64,000 bases of DNA from Octopus sinensis (Eukaryota). The stretch spans positions 24,862,001 to 24,926,000 of the forward strand of contig NC_043017.1 of assembly GCF_006345805.1 (NCBI RefSeq), in the 5' to 3' direction. The translations under genes and the position numbers were made by a program. The notes beneath the pieces were generated by a model that saw only the letters and a list, made by a program, of their open reading frames with translations, searched no databases and was not told where the DNA came from. This document shows, piece by piece, positions 23,379 to 37,224 of the stretch (position 1 is the stretch's first letter; each line of letters begins with the position of its first letter).

Positions 23379-23770
23379 AGATAATCTGTCAGTCACCTTA
23401 GCATCACCAGTCAGGTTTACATGGCTAACGTTTTACTCTTGACAGTTAATTCACAGGAACATGTGAAAGTATGTAACCTAGCAGTTAAGGACGTTGGGCT
23501 CATGATCATGACACTGTGGGTTCAATATCTAACCTGGGTAGCATCCCAAAATGAGCAAAGCAAGGCACTTTATTTCCCTATTACTTCATCTACTAAACAG
23601 AAGTGAATACCAGCCAAGTGCTGGTGCTACATCACTTCTCTCCCTCCCTCCAGCTGTCGTATCCTGGATACTTGCTAAGGCCAAAAACAGGAGTGCTGAG
23701 AGGGGTCTGTATCCACTTGTGACTACTAAGGCACATAAAACTGTTGTGTGTTGATCTCTTAATGAATACA

Positions 23771-25021
23771 CAGGGGGATTGAAAAGTAACGTCCTATTTT
23801 TAAATGCTTATTTTACTCATTCTCATTTACTTGTTTCAGTCATTTGACTGTGGCCATGCTGGAGCACCACCTTTAGTCAAGGAAATCGACCCCAGGACTT
23901 ATTCTTTGTAATCCTAGTACTTATTCTATAAGTCTCTTTTGCCAAACCGCTAAGTTATGTGGATGTAAACACACTAGCATCGGTTGTCAATTGATGTTGT
24001 GGGGACAAGCGCAACACACAAACATACACATATATATATATATATATACGACGGGCTTCTTTCAGTTTCCGTCTACCAAATCCACTCACAAGGTTTTGGT
24101 CGGCCCGAGGCTATAGTAGAAGACACTTGCCCAAGGTGCCACGCAGTGGGACTGAACCCGGAACCATGTGGTTCGTAAGCAAGCTACTTACCACACAGCC
24201 TCTCCTACGCCTTATAATTTATTTATTAATTATAATTTTTTTCTTGAATTTGTTATGTATGTTGTTTAATGTTTTTTTCTTTTTCAGATTGATTATTTTG
24301 TTTGAAATTTAGAAGCCCTTCAAATATGGTCTGATCTCTTTAAACATATCTTCTGGAGTGATGAAGTGATATTCCACATTGGTGGGTTTGAGAAATGTCA
24401 CACTTGCTTCTACTGGGCAGGAGAAGATCCTCATATTACCTCTGAAAAAATGCAGAACTGGTCCAAGGTAACAGTATGGTGTGGAATGACTTTGGACAGG
24501 ATTGTGGATCCCTTCATCCTTTGCAATACCATAAATGCTGAAAAGTACCTCACCAAGCTGCAAGATGAAATTTGGCCAGTTACCAGAACTTGCAAGAATA
24601 CTGAAGATTTCATTTTTATGCAAGATGGTGCTTCTCCACATTTTACTATTGTTGTTTGTCAATGGCTGAATGCCCACTTCCCTGGGAGATGGATGGGTCA
24701 TTGAGGTCTGCATGATTGGCCAGCCAGAAGCCCTGATTTAACACCCTGCAACATTTTTCTTTGGGATTGGAGGGCAAATACGAGAAGTTATGTCTTCAAA
24801 CTTGAAGGGCAAATACGAGAAATTATGTCTTCCATCCCACAAGAGTTCCTGATGAAATCAGTTGATGCAGTTCCCGGGCAGCTTGAGAAGCTGTTAGCAA
24901 ATGCTGGTGCCTATATTGAATTTTAAATAAAATTCTTCACGTATTCATTTTTTCTAAAAATCATAGTTAATAAATAAATTATAAGTATTTTAAAATATGG
25001 AGTTACTTTTCAATCACCCTG
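23771..25021 (+). mobile_element. Tc1/mariner (DD37D/maT-like) element, internally deleted, with a nested SINE
   Basis: TIRs cagggggattgaaaagtaac and gttacttttcaatcaccctg followed by TA. The transposase remnant reads IFWSDEVIFH...VTVWCGM...FMQDGASPH...FPGRWMG...PARSPDLTPC. Confidence 0.85.
23820..24212 (-). mobile_element. OR1-type SINE nested in the Tc1/mariner element
   Basis: Reverse complement of the 5420-5815 family. Confidence 0.8.
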
Positions 25022-26352
25022 TATATCAAATGCTGTACATTTGTTTAAATAAATAAAAACTGCCAGTCACGTGGCATACACGAGTTTTATATAAACTTTT
25101 GTCTATATATTTTTTTTGTTTTTTTCTATATACTTTTTTCCGTTTTTTCTTCTATATTTTGCAATTAAAATAAATGGGGGCACACAATTTATTTCATCGC
25201 TACAGGATCACGGTTGATGTTGTTACCCCTTCTCATACATTCTGCTGTTGGTTGTGCTTCCATTAGGGCAAGATAGAAATTCACAGCTTACGGCTATTTG
25301 ATCCTTGTTCCTATACCTGTGCTTAGGAAATAAGCAAATTACAAAACTTGACAAAAACAATTAGCAAAAACATTGATGCATGCAACCAAGTCATGCTCAC
25401 TTGCAAGTGGTGGCTCTAGTTTTATTTTTATAAGAGCTATAAAAGCAATTATTTTTGAATTCTGATACAGGCACAAAGGACCAAATTTTCAGGCAAGGAT
25501 ATAGTCCCTTATAGCAACACAGAACCTATACATCTGGCTGTCACTCATGAGTGAGTATGGCTTGACAACATTTAACATGCTGATTGTTTTATATGCCTAT
25601 GTATTTGTGAACAATACAGACTCTCTTGGGTTCTCTCACCCTTAACTCAGCAGTACATCCAGGATGTGATAATTGGAGAGAGAGAAATGTGGTACTTATT
25701 TACAATTAATAAAAGGCTAAAGTAGAGTGGCAAGCTGGCAGAATCATTGGCACACTTGGCAAAATGCTTTACTAGCATTTTGTCCATGTTTAAATTCTGC
25801 TGAGGTGCACTTTGCCTATCATTCTTTCAGGGGTGATAAAATAAGTACCAGTTGAGCAGGGGACGGTGGGGGGGGGGTCAATGTTATCGACTTAACCCTT
25901 CCTTGAACTTGCTGGCCTTGTGCTAAAACTTCAAACCAATAGAAGGCCACTCAGACGGCAAGCTGGCAGAATTGTTAGCATGCTGCCAGCGTGCTAAAAT
26001 GCTTAGTGGCATTTCAACCGTCCTTACATTCTGAATTCAAATTTCACTGAGGTTGACTTTGCCTTTCGTCTTTTCAGGGTTAATAAAATAAGTACCAGTT
26101 GTGCACTGGGGTCGATGTGATCGACTTACTCCTACCCTAAACTTGCTAGTCTTATGCCAAAATTTGAAACCAATATAAGGCCATTGTAAACACCATTTAG
26201 AGACAAAAAAGATTAACAGGCCCAATGAAGATACTCAAAGCATGTAGTTACTGGGCGCTGGATGATGGCATTACCAAATATACAGTAGAGTGCCTACCAT
26301 TCCATTTTCACAATGAGATTTATCAATTCTTTCTGTATTGGCTACAGATGTT

Positions 26353-26580
26353 AACCCTTCAGTGTTCGCATTATTCTGCCAAAATTAATGCTTCTTCATC
26401 CAAATCATTTTGAATTAATTATGCATTATCTTGTAGCTATGAGATTTTGATGAGGTAGCTGTTAATTTTTAAAACAATATCATAGGGTTGGTATGAGAGA
26501 CCAGATCTGGCCAGTTTGACCATAGAACAGGTAGAATATTTTTGGCCGGATATGGCCAGTTTAAATGCTAAAGGGTTTAA
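26353..26580. mobile_element. piggyBac-type MITE, second family (also about 4148-4330 and partially 1885-2035)
   Basis: TTAACCCTT(T/C)AG...TGCTAAAGGG(T/A)T ends and a shared internal ggccggatatggccagttta. Confidence 0.65.
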
Positions 26581-27019
26581 ACAGGTCAATTGTTGATTTA
26601 CCAAGCTTTCTTACTGGTGTGAGCAACAAGGGAGTCTCTTTGCAGCTCAGGTGGAATAAATACCACAAGGTATTACATTTCCTTCTCCCAAATTTCACTC
26701 ACAAATCATTGGTCATCTTGTGACCAAACTAGAGGACACTTACTCCAGGTGCTACATAGTGTGGGTCAAAGCTGCAACCATGGTTGCTATGGTGGTGAAG
26801 CAAAATTCTAAAGTCCTCAGTCACACGTGTGTCCACAGCTGATGACACACACATCCTTCTTTAATATCCAAAGAGGTTGACATTTCATTTACTCCTTTGC
26901 AACTGTATATTGAAATGTAATGAAAAAAACTGACACATGTTAATCATAAACTTCTGAGTACTGACTTCAGTTCCTCCTGTAGGTACACCTTGGAGGTGGG
27001 TGGTCCAGTAGTGTACTTA

Positions 27020-27423
27020 GGAGAGGTGAGAGGGGCAATCTGCCCTGGGAGACGGTTTTACGGGAGCTCTGGTCTGCTGCATAAGCCCGTACAGGCTTAT
27101 GGAGGCGGGGGGCTGGGCAAACTCAAAGGCTGCTCCCAGTGACACACACTTCAAGGAGAGGCGAGAGGGGCAATCTGCCCTGGGAGACGGTTTTACGGGA
27201 GCTCTGGTCTGCTGCATAAGCCCGTACAGGCTTATGGAGGCGGGGGGCTTGGCAAACTCAAAGGCTGCTCCCAGTGACACACCCTTCAAGGAGAGGCGAG
27301 AGGGGCAATCTGCCTTGGGAGACGGTTTTAGGGGAGCTCTGGTCTGCTGCACAAGGCCGTACAGGCTTATGGAGGCGGGGCTGGGCAAACTCAAAGGCTG
27401 CTCCTAGTGACACACACTTTAAG
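27020..27423. repeat. GC-rich 135-bp tandem repeat, 3 copies
   Basis: Units start at 27020, 27155 and 27290 and differ by only a few substitutions. Confidence 0.92.
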
Positions 27424-28929
27424 CAATGTCACTAGAATGGTCCCTGCCAAGATGAGGTGTCTTTAATTTATGGCATCTATAGTATGAAGATTTAATCTGT
27501 ACTAAATTCAAGGACTTAGATACTTATGATTACGATGTATTTATTTTCAGACTGAGAAACGAAAGCGTGAAAATAGAGCTTCCAGGAATTTGTAAATGTG
27601 GTACAAGTAAATTGAAATAACGTGTCGTCGGTAATGTGACAAAGCTTAAAAGGGGGAAAAAAATGTGTATGTAATAACAAAAACTCATTAGAATAAGTTA
27701 CAGTTTTTTTCCACAGAATATGACACGATGAGTGGAATAAAGGTATTATTACCAAGATAAAATTATTACTAATTTTAGACCGAAAAGATCCCTAATGGAT
27801 CTTTAATTTTTGTGGCGAGTGCGATGGAGCACAAGTTACACCTTCTGTGAACCGAGGAACCGAGTCTACGACCCGTTTCGATTCCCGGTCCTGGTAGTTG
27901 TAGCCATGTGATTTCAATTACGTCATCGATGCTTACATTTAGTGCACAAACCTGGCAACTCATTTTCGTACTCTTACAAAGCTAGCTTACATATATATAT
28001 ATATATATGTATATATGAATAATCGCCACTGTTGAATAATAGAAAATGTAAGCTCTCAAGAAATCGAGTCCTCGATCGAATTTCGACCTGTTGAAACAAC
28101 TTGTCTGCATTTTAAATTACCAACACCCCAATGCGTCGTATCTCGGACAAATGCCACTTACATTAGACTCGGACCGATTCGAGCTTTGTGATCGAAATTA
28201 GGAAGGTAGTACCTGTTGTCAAACCTGTCCGACGATTTCTACATGTAATTTAAAGTTCTAGCCTCGTCTCCCTACTGTATCACGCTGTTCCAGCCTAAGA
28301 ATTTTATCAAGGGTACATATAGCTGTGTAATATTGCTCGCTTAGATGCTAATTTAACAAGCAGACAGTTCAGCCGATCGAAAAAAAAAAAACAAACAAAC
28401 AAAAACTGAATGTTCTTCGTCAAAACCGACGCAGGACCTATCATTATTAGAGCGTCGCATAAAATGCCTTGCGGTATTTTTTCCGGTTCTTTATATTCCG
28501 AGTTCAAATCTCACCGAGGTCAACTTTACATTGCATTCGTTCGGGGTTTCGGTAAAATAAAGTACTTATCAAAGTGTTATGGGTCGACGAGGTGATCGAT
28601 GGATTGATCAATCCCCTACCCATCAAAAATTCCGGCCTTGTGTTTTATATATTAGAAATAAATATTTTTTCTTGCCGACGTCTCATATTAGAGATAGAAG
28701 CTTATCTCACCGAGGTCAACTTTACATTGCATTCATTCGGGGTTTCGCTAAAATAAAGTACTTATCAAAGTGTTATTGGTCGATGAGGTGATCGATGAAT
28801 TGATTAATCCCCTACCCATAAAAATTTCCGGCCTCGTGTTTTTTTATATTAGAAATAATAAATATTTTTTCTCGTCGACGTCTCATGCTTAGAGATAGAA
28901 GAAGCTTTTTCCCCTAATCACGGTTAATG

Positions 28930-29030
28930 CTTGTAGCTTTATGGTCTTCCGTAGTTGTTGAGCGAAAAAAGCGTGTTGTGCGCCTGCGCAATTAATTCAA
29001 CTTCTGCCCAAACAGGAAGATCTGCTTGAA
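28930..29030 (+). promoter_or_regulatory. Probable core promoter of the ZDHHC gene
   Basis: Sits in a CpG-retaining region (about 27780-29250). GCGCCTGCGCA (NRF1-like) at 28980-28990 and CAGGAAG (ETS-like) near 29012, about 0.9 kb upstream of the ATG. Confidence 0.5.
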
Positions 29031-29914
29031 TAGCTTGAACGGTGATGTAATGTTTATGCAGAACCTGTTCTCGCCAACTTCTGAAACCTTTCTCCTACAG
29101 AAATTGGTGAAGAAGAAAACCGGGAACGCATCATTTCCAAGGAAAGAAGAAGGATAAGAGGAAAGGAAAGGAAAGGATCCGAAAGAAGGGAACTGGCTTG
29201 CGAAAGATGCTAGGGGGTTAACCGATGCATTCTCCAACCAGTTCTCCTCTCTTCGATGTCACAGTTAAATGAATGCTAGCTCCTGTCTGTGTATGTATGT
29301 ATGTATGTATATATGTATATATATATATCCATCTATCGTTTAGTGAAGTCGCAGCTGGACATTGATAACCGTCTATAAGGAAATTACACAAGAGAAAAAG
29401 AAGACTGTGTGAAAGACAAGAAGAGAAGAAAAACCCAAAAGAGAAATCAAAAACAAGACCTTCAACACATTGTTGCTTGCTGTCCCACACAGCAAATGTC
29501 TTTTCCTCTACTCTAAATGTAGTGTCTTTATCTATAACCCCCTGTATAAATACATATATATTGTATATATGTAGGATTTTTTTTTTTATAATTTACGATC
29601 GTTTTACAAAAGAATTTTCATACAGCTGAGATCATTTGCTTGTATCTTTAATCATAAATTATTTTATTCTACATATATTAAAGAAGAACCAAACCCAAAC
29701 GGTATAATAGCCACAACCCCACCCTCTCGAAATACACACACAGGACGGTCTTATCCGGTCTTCATCCTTTTTTCATTTTTTTTTCTTAATTGTCACGGTT
29801 GATTAGATCATTCGAGGGAGAACCCAACAACACGAAACACACACAACACAAACTCAAAGACCCAAACCCCCCAAACAATTATAGCTATTAAGTGTTGTTA
29901 TTATTATTTATTTC

Positions 29915-30216
29915 ATGCCTGACGACGAAGGGGATAACGGTCCCGGGCTGGTCGTTGTCGTTGGAGAAGAAGGAGGTCCTTTAGGGGTAATGAAAGATCA
30001 CTCGTACACTGCTGTTTCCACGGAGTCTCCAACGAAATTGTCCGAACAGGATATACCCGGCAGCAAAATGCCAAAGAAAGTCCGCAAATGGGAGATTTTT
30101 CCGGGAAAGAACAAATTCTGTTGTGACGGCCGAATAATGATGGCGAAACATACTGGAATTTTTTACTTTACTTGTACCTTGATAATTCTTACGAGTGGCT
30201 TGTTCTTTTGCTTCGA
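29915..30216 (+). CDS. ZDHHC14: First coding exon of a DHHC palmitoyltransferase of the ZDHHC9/14/18 (Erf2/approximated) subfamily
   Basis: [44 protein letters not shown] matches the subfamily N-terminal motif ([31 protein letters not shown] in vertebrate ZDHHC14). A phase-2 donor GA|GTATGT follows at 30217. The symbol marks the subfamily; exact orthology among 9/14/18 is not resolved. Confidence 0.88.
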
Positions 30217-30836
30217 GTATGTATTGACCATTTTTCTAAATGCTTGTTGCTCTTGATGTATATTTTATATATCTTTCTCGTACATTCATCATTTTTGTTT
30301 TCTCTTTCAGAACTTTATTTTTTCTGCTCTTTTTTCTCTCTTCATCTTCCCATTCATTTACCAAGTTGAAAATATCTCCACTTTCAACTTCATAATACTA
30401 ACACATTAACTAATATATAAGACTTGTGTATTTGATATCTTTCACTGTAAATATATATATATATATATACATCTGCGTAGTCTTTAAAATTAACTAGACA
30501 TTATATATGTTTACGATCGAAACTGCATCTTTCTCTCTCCATGTATTTGTGTATATATATATGTGTATATATATATATATATATTGGAAGGTTTGGAGAT
30601 GATGTACAGGTATTTTATATTAGAAGAAATGAGGTACTCAGAAAATCGGATGGTTTATATTTACAGATATTTATTTGTATATTACATGTTTTATACATCA
30701 TATAACTTAGATCATATATATATGTACATATAGTTTATGTACGGTTTCAAAGAAAATGATAAATTCTAGGTGATCATGTGTACTACTACTATCAACTGAA
30801 AATGGAAACATAAATTTCAATTTTATCCACACACAT

Positions 30837-30887
<51 letters not shown>

Positions 30888-31285
30888 TGCACCCGTTCCA
30901 TTTATTCGTTCTACTCTGATGCTGTTCAATATTAATTCATCATGATTCAACAGTTGTAAGCTCTCTCTCTCTCTCCATCCATTCACTGCTGGTTTATTCT
31001 CATCTTATTTCCAGAAGCTACAGAATAATTTTAACCATTCTCTCTCTCTCTCTCTCTTTCGGTTTCCCATTCACATTCTCCCACCCCATTTATTTATTTA
31101 TTAATTACAAACCAAACTCAAAAGATTTTCTTCATTTAAAATACAAATGTTAATCATTTATCTCCATATATTTCTATTTTCTTTCTCGAACACACGCACA
31201 TATAATATGTTTCGCTTCATCATCTATAAATCTATCACTGATCAGGCTAGCTCTACTACATATGATGTCAGCTCACTCATTTATG

Positions 31286-31329
<44 letters not shown>

Positions 31330-31760
31330 TATATATATATAATATAAGCAAGCTACAAGTCTCTGCTTCCAGTATCAATTCACATCCAGTGTCTACGTTT
31401 TCCATCCCTATTTCTATATAGAATCAACCTCCCTATTTAGCATTAAAACCTTTCTTTTACCCTTTATACACATCCTTCTATGCTGCTGTATATCTCTACA
31501 CATCTCTATTAATTCTACCATCATATATCTAGTAGCATTTACACACCATTCTATAATATATAGAAGCCCTTATTAATTTAGGTTGCCTCACGTTTTAGCA
31601 GATATCATAATTGTTCATAGCTTATTAATATATATATATATATAGTATCGATTTCCAACTAATACGTGCTTATCTTTTTCTTTTCAATCTTTCTGGACAA
31701 CCAAAGTCACTATCAGTATGATTATTTAATGGTGTTTTATGAAATATTTAGAACGAACTT

Positions 31761-31796
<36 letters not shown>

Positions 31797-31889
31797 ATAA
31801 TATATGTGTTTCTCGATACATACATAGTCTGATACTGTAAACGGAACATACACACATGTACGTGTGTATAACCTTTATGAATGCTAGGT

Positions 31890-31936
<47 letters not shown>

Positions 31937-32073
31937 TCCGTCTGTGGGAATACATAGTATGTATTCATGCGCGTGTGTGTGTGTGTATGTATGTATATAT
32001 ATATATATATATGTGTGTTTATGAATGTATGTGTGTGTGTATGTGTGTGTGTATATGTGTGTGTGTATATATA

Positions 32074-32118
<45 letters not shown>

Positions 32119-32300
32119 ATATATATATTATATATATATATATATATATTAGTCTCATAGGTTACTCACAGAGTACAAATTTGTTGTTCTTAAACGAAGA
32201 ATGTTGTGGGCAGCGACTTCGAAGTTTCGACCAGTTAAGCCATCGTTGGCTCAGCTGGCGGAAACTCCGAAGTCACTGTCAACAACATTCTGGTGTAAGA

Positions 32301-32331
<31 letters not shown>

Positions 32332-32714
32332 AATCTCGGTATTCGTGACACATATTCACATACACACACCCGCAGTGCTACTAGATGTAGTGTTGCTGTC
32401 TGTCATCGAGGCACATGGCCGGGATTAGGAAGTGACTACAAATTGAGAAAATTAAAACAATAGTTAAACGCGAAATTACTAACAATCGAGTAAGAAATAT
32501 AAAAACGGATTCAGTATTAAAAGCATTTTACTCAGATGAGAACAGGAATTCTGTTACGAAAATTAAATAAAAATAAAGAAATCGTGAACTTAATTGTGTT
32601 TGAGGAATGTTTTTGAGATCTAGTAATGTATAAGTGAATAATTGTGTGACGTGTGTGTGTGTGTCTCCATATATACTGTCTCACTTTATATAAATTGTAT
32701 AATATATTTATACA

Positions 32715-32812
32715 CACACAATGTTATATATATATACATATATATATACATATATATATATACATATATATATACATATATATACATATATATATACATA
32801 TATTATATATAC

Positions 32813-32885
<73 letters not shown>

Positions 32886-33015
32886 CATATATATATATAT
32901 ATATAAATACATATATATATATAATTATATATATATATATAATATAAATACATATATTATATATATATATATATATTAATATAATACATATATATTATAT
33001 ATATATATAATACAT

Positions 33016-33047
<32 letters not shown>

Positions 33048-33079
33048 CATATTATATATATATATATATATATATAATA

Positions 33080-33114
<35 letters not shown>

Positions 33115-33163
33115 CATATATATATATATAATACATTATATATAAATACATATATATAAATAC

Positions 33164-33194
<31 letters not shown>

Positions 33195-33230
33195 CATATA
33201 TATATATACATTATATAATATAATATATAA

Positions 33231-33279
<49 letters not shown>

Positions 33280-33280
33280 C

Positions 33281-33325
<45 letters not shown>

Positions 33326-33344
33326 ACATATATAATATATATAC

Positions 33345-33379
<35 letters not shown>

Positions 33380-33407
33380 CATATATATACATATATATAA
33401 TATATAC

Positions 33408-33470
<63 letters not shown>

Positions 33471-33471
33471 C

Positions 33472-33502
<31 letters not shown>

Positions 33503-33816
33503 ATATATAATACACACACACACATATATACATTATATAATATATATACATATATATATATATACATATATATATAACACACACCATATATATACATATA
33601 TATATATACACACACATATATATATATATATATACACACACACATATATATACATATATATATACCACACACAACATAATATACAACACCACACACATAT
33701 ATATACATATATATATACACACACACATATATATACATATATATATACACACACACATATATATATATATATATCTAAACAACACACCATATATCATATA
33801 TATACACACACACAAC

Positions 33817-33853
<37 letters not shown>

Positions 33854-34058
33854 TTAATATATATATATATATATATCACACACACACATATATATATATA
33901 TATTATCTATATATATATATATATATATCATATATATACACACCACACACATATATATATATATATACAATACACACACACATATATATATATATATATA
34001 CATATATATACACACATACAATATATAGTATATATATATACACATACACACACACCAA

Positions 34059-34090
<32 letters not shown>

Positions 34091-34100
34091 TACATATATA
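32715..34100. repeat. About 1.4 kb of compound (TA)n/(CA)n microsatellite (similar tracts at 14870-15320, 31885-32150, 34335-34860, 47630-47810, 49060-49435, 54040-54230)
   Basis: Direct inspection; these tracts produce the YI/CV pseudo-ORFs in the track. Confidence 0.95.
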
Positions 34101-34354
34101 TATCATCATCATCATCATTTAACGTCCGCTTTCCATGCTAGCATGGGTTGGACGATTTGACCGAGGTCTGGCGAACCAGACTCCAGTCTGATCTGGCAGA
34201 GTTTCTACAGCTGGATGCCCTTCCTAACGCCAACCGCTCTGAGAGTGTAGTGGGTGCTTTTACGTGCTGCCGGCACGAGGGCCAGTTTGGTGGAACTGGC
34301 AATGGCCACGCCCAAATGGTGCTTTTTATGAGCCATATATATATACATACATAC

Positions 34355-34407
<53 letters not shown>

Positions 34408-34438
34408 CACACATGTATATACACACATATATACATAC

Positions 34439-34501
<63 letters not shown>

Positions 34502-34534
34502 ACATACGCACACACATATATATACACACACATA

Positions 34535-34665
<131 letters not shown>

Positions 34666-34720
34666 TATACACACACACACACATATATATATATAACACA
34701 TATATATACATACATATACG

Positions 34721-34758
<38 letters not shown>

Positions 34759-35795
34759 TATACATATATATATACATATATATAAACATATATATATACA
34801 CACACACACATATATATATATAATCATTTAATGCCTGTTTCCCCTATATATATATATATCTGTTTAGAAATAGACACAAACACAATTTTAGATTAAGGGT
34901 TTTTTAAATCCCACACAAGGCAAATTCTTGACATATTGAACTTCGAGGAATACCCATGCTAGCATGGAAAGCGGACGTTAAGCGATGATGATGATGATGG
35001 AGATGATAATGAAATCACTTGTTGGAAACTGGGACCAGCAATGAATGAGGAAGGGAGATAATCTGAAGAATCTAGAATTCTCCAAAATTGACATGCCATT
35101 ACAGAATAGACAGTCTGATTATCTGGAGACAAGAGGACTGCTGGGGACGTTTCTGCTTTAATAGACATCATCAGCACAGTAGTTGTTCTGCTTCACCTCA
35201 AGTAGATGGACTATATATATGGTTTGTTCTCTTTTGTATATGTCTGAGTACAAACCATATATGGTCCTGGTAATTTGCATAATTGAAAGGAAAATGGGCT
35301 AAGTTAAATAAGGTGTAAGTATGGCTGTGTTGTTGAGAAGCTTGCTTTGCAATTTCCTTGTTTTGAGTTGAGTCCCATTGCTGTCGCCTTGGGCAAGTGT
35401 CTTCCACTATAGCCCCGTGCTGACCAATTCCTTGCGAGTAAATTTGGTAGATAGAAACTGAAAAAGCCTGCTGTTTGTGTGTGTGTGTATGTATGTATGT
35501 ATGTATGTATCATCATCATCATCATTTAACGTCCGCTTTCCATGCTAGCATGGGTTGGACAGTTCAACTGGGGTCTGGCAAGCCCGAAGGCTGCACCAGG
35601 CCAGTCAGATCTGGCAGTGTTTCTACAGCTGGATGCCCTTCCTAATGCCAACCACTCCGAGAGTGTAGTGGGTGATTTTATGTGCCACCGACACAGGTGC
35701 CAGACGAGGCTGGCAGACGGTCACGCTCGAATGGTGTTTTTTATGTGCCACCGACACAGGTGCCAGACGAGGCTGGCAGACGGCCACGCTCGGAT

Positions 35796-35852
<57 letters not shown>

Positions 35853-36385
35853 ATGCACACACATGTATATATATATATGTGTGTGTGTTTGTTATCCCTG
35901 CTACCACTTGATAACTGGTGTGAGTTTGTTTGTGTTCTCGCAGACAAAATTGACTGATAAAATAAGTACCGTGTAAAAAAAAATAAATAAACGTATTGGG
36001 GCCCGTCTGTCCAACTAAACCCTTCAAGGTGAAGCCCCACTACGGTCACAGTACAATGACTGAAACTAGTAAAAGATAAAAATGAATAACTCAGAGTGGC
36101 TGGTGGTATGTATTTGAACAACAGGGTAGAAAAAGAGTATATTTGATACTATAGAAGATAGTGTCTCAATTACTGATATTATCTCCTGTTTCTACTTTGT
36201 CATTTTTGCATCATCCTGGAAGCAGATATCCTGTCAATAAACAGTCCATTTTGTATGGTATTTTATATATATTTAATATACCTTTCATTGCTTTTGTTGC
36301 TCAAATGCATGCCACTGGCCATGCTCACAGTTTTTTTCTTGTAACTCATTTTTGTGCATGTACTTTCTTATGCATATATGTACAT

Positions 36386-36693
36386 ATCACCATGATCACC
36401 CTGACCGACCAGGCTATCAGATGTTGCTACACATCGCTGGTCACAATGCGCTTCGCATTGTTTTAGCCTTCAAATGATGCCACCCCGCTGGCTAAGCAAG
36501 CAGGCCAGAAGAAAGAGTGAGAGAAAGTTGTGGCGAAAGAGTACAGCAGGGATCGCCACCCCCCCCTGCCGGAGACTCGTGGAGCTTTAGGTGTTCTCGT
36601 TCAATAAATACACACAACGCCCGGTCTGGGTATTGAAACCGCAATCCTCCGACCGCGAGTCCACTGCCCTAACCACTGGGCCATTGTGCCTCC
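36386..36693 (-). mobile_element. Third SINE family, copy with a different 3' tail
   Basis: The head and about 200 nt match 12459 onward, then the 3' sequence is unrelated. Confidence 0.72.
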
Positions 36694-36921
36694 ACATATG
36701 TACATATACACAAGTGGATGGACAAACGAAAGAAGGGTACTCAACATGTTTATTGGGATTTACAATGTATGGATCAAAACAGATTCAAATTTGTTGGTAC
36801 ACTGAGTTTCAAGTGTGATGCTAATCTTCAGCCATTTTGAATTCAAAATGGCTGAAGACTAGCGTCCTGCTTGAAACTCGGTGTATCTACAGATTTGAAT
36901 CAAATTTTGTTGGTCCATATA

Positions 36922-37150
36922 CAGGGTTGGTCAAAAGTCTCCTGACAGTAAATCAAAACTATTCACTACCATGATTTATTTATGTTTAACAACTGAATGT
37001 TTATAATAAAAGCAACTATGAAACCTCATGAAAATTGTTCAAACTGAGGTCCTTCTTGAGTGATACATTTTTCCATTCAAGTCAATACAGAATTACAGAT
37101 AGTATTTATGGAATTTTGATTTACTGTCGGGTGACTTTTGGTAAACCCTG
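36922..37150. mobile_element. Tc1/mariner-type MITE
   Basis: TA-CAGGGTTGGTCAAAAGTC...GACTTTTGGTAAACCCTG-TA, imperfect TIRs of about 37 bp. Confidence 0.75.
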
Positions 37151-37158
37151 TATATATA

Positions 37159-37201
<43 letters not shown>

Positions 37202-37224
37202 TATATATTATATATATATATATA

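Noticed and set aside
27095-27140. GGCTGGGCAA similarity to the HDV ribozyme within the 135-bp repeat
   Set aside because: The P1/P2/P3/L3 nested pseudoknot could not be assembled by eye on either strand.
27020-27423. CRISPR-like array interpretation of tandem repeats
   Set aside because: The units are contiguous with no unique spacers, there are no cas genes and the context is eukaryotic.
27800-27905. tRNA T-arm-like GACCCGTTTCGATTCCCGGTC
   Set aside because: No acceptor stem, D arm or A box could be built; at most a degenerate SINE head.
36846-36885. CTGAAGA...GAAACTCGG in the 36.8-kb palindrome
   Set aside because: There is no stem I pairing and the cleavage position would be G; explained by the MITE palindrome.
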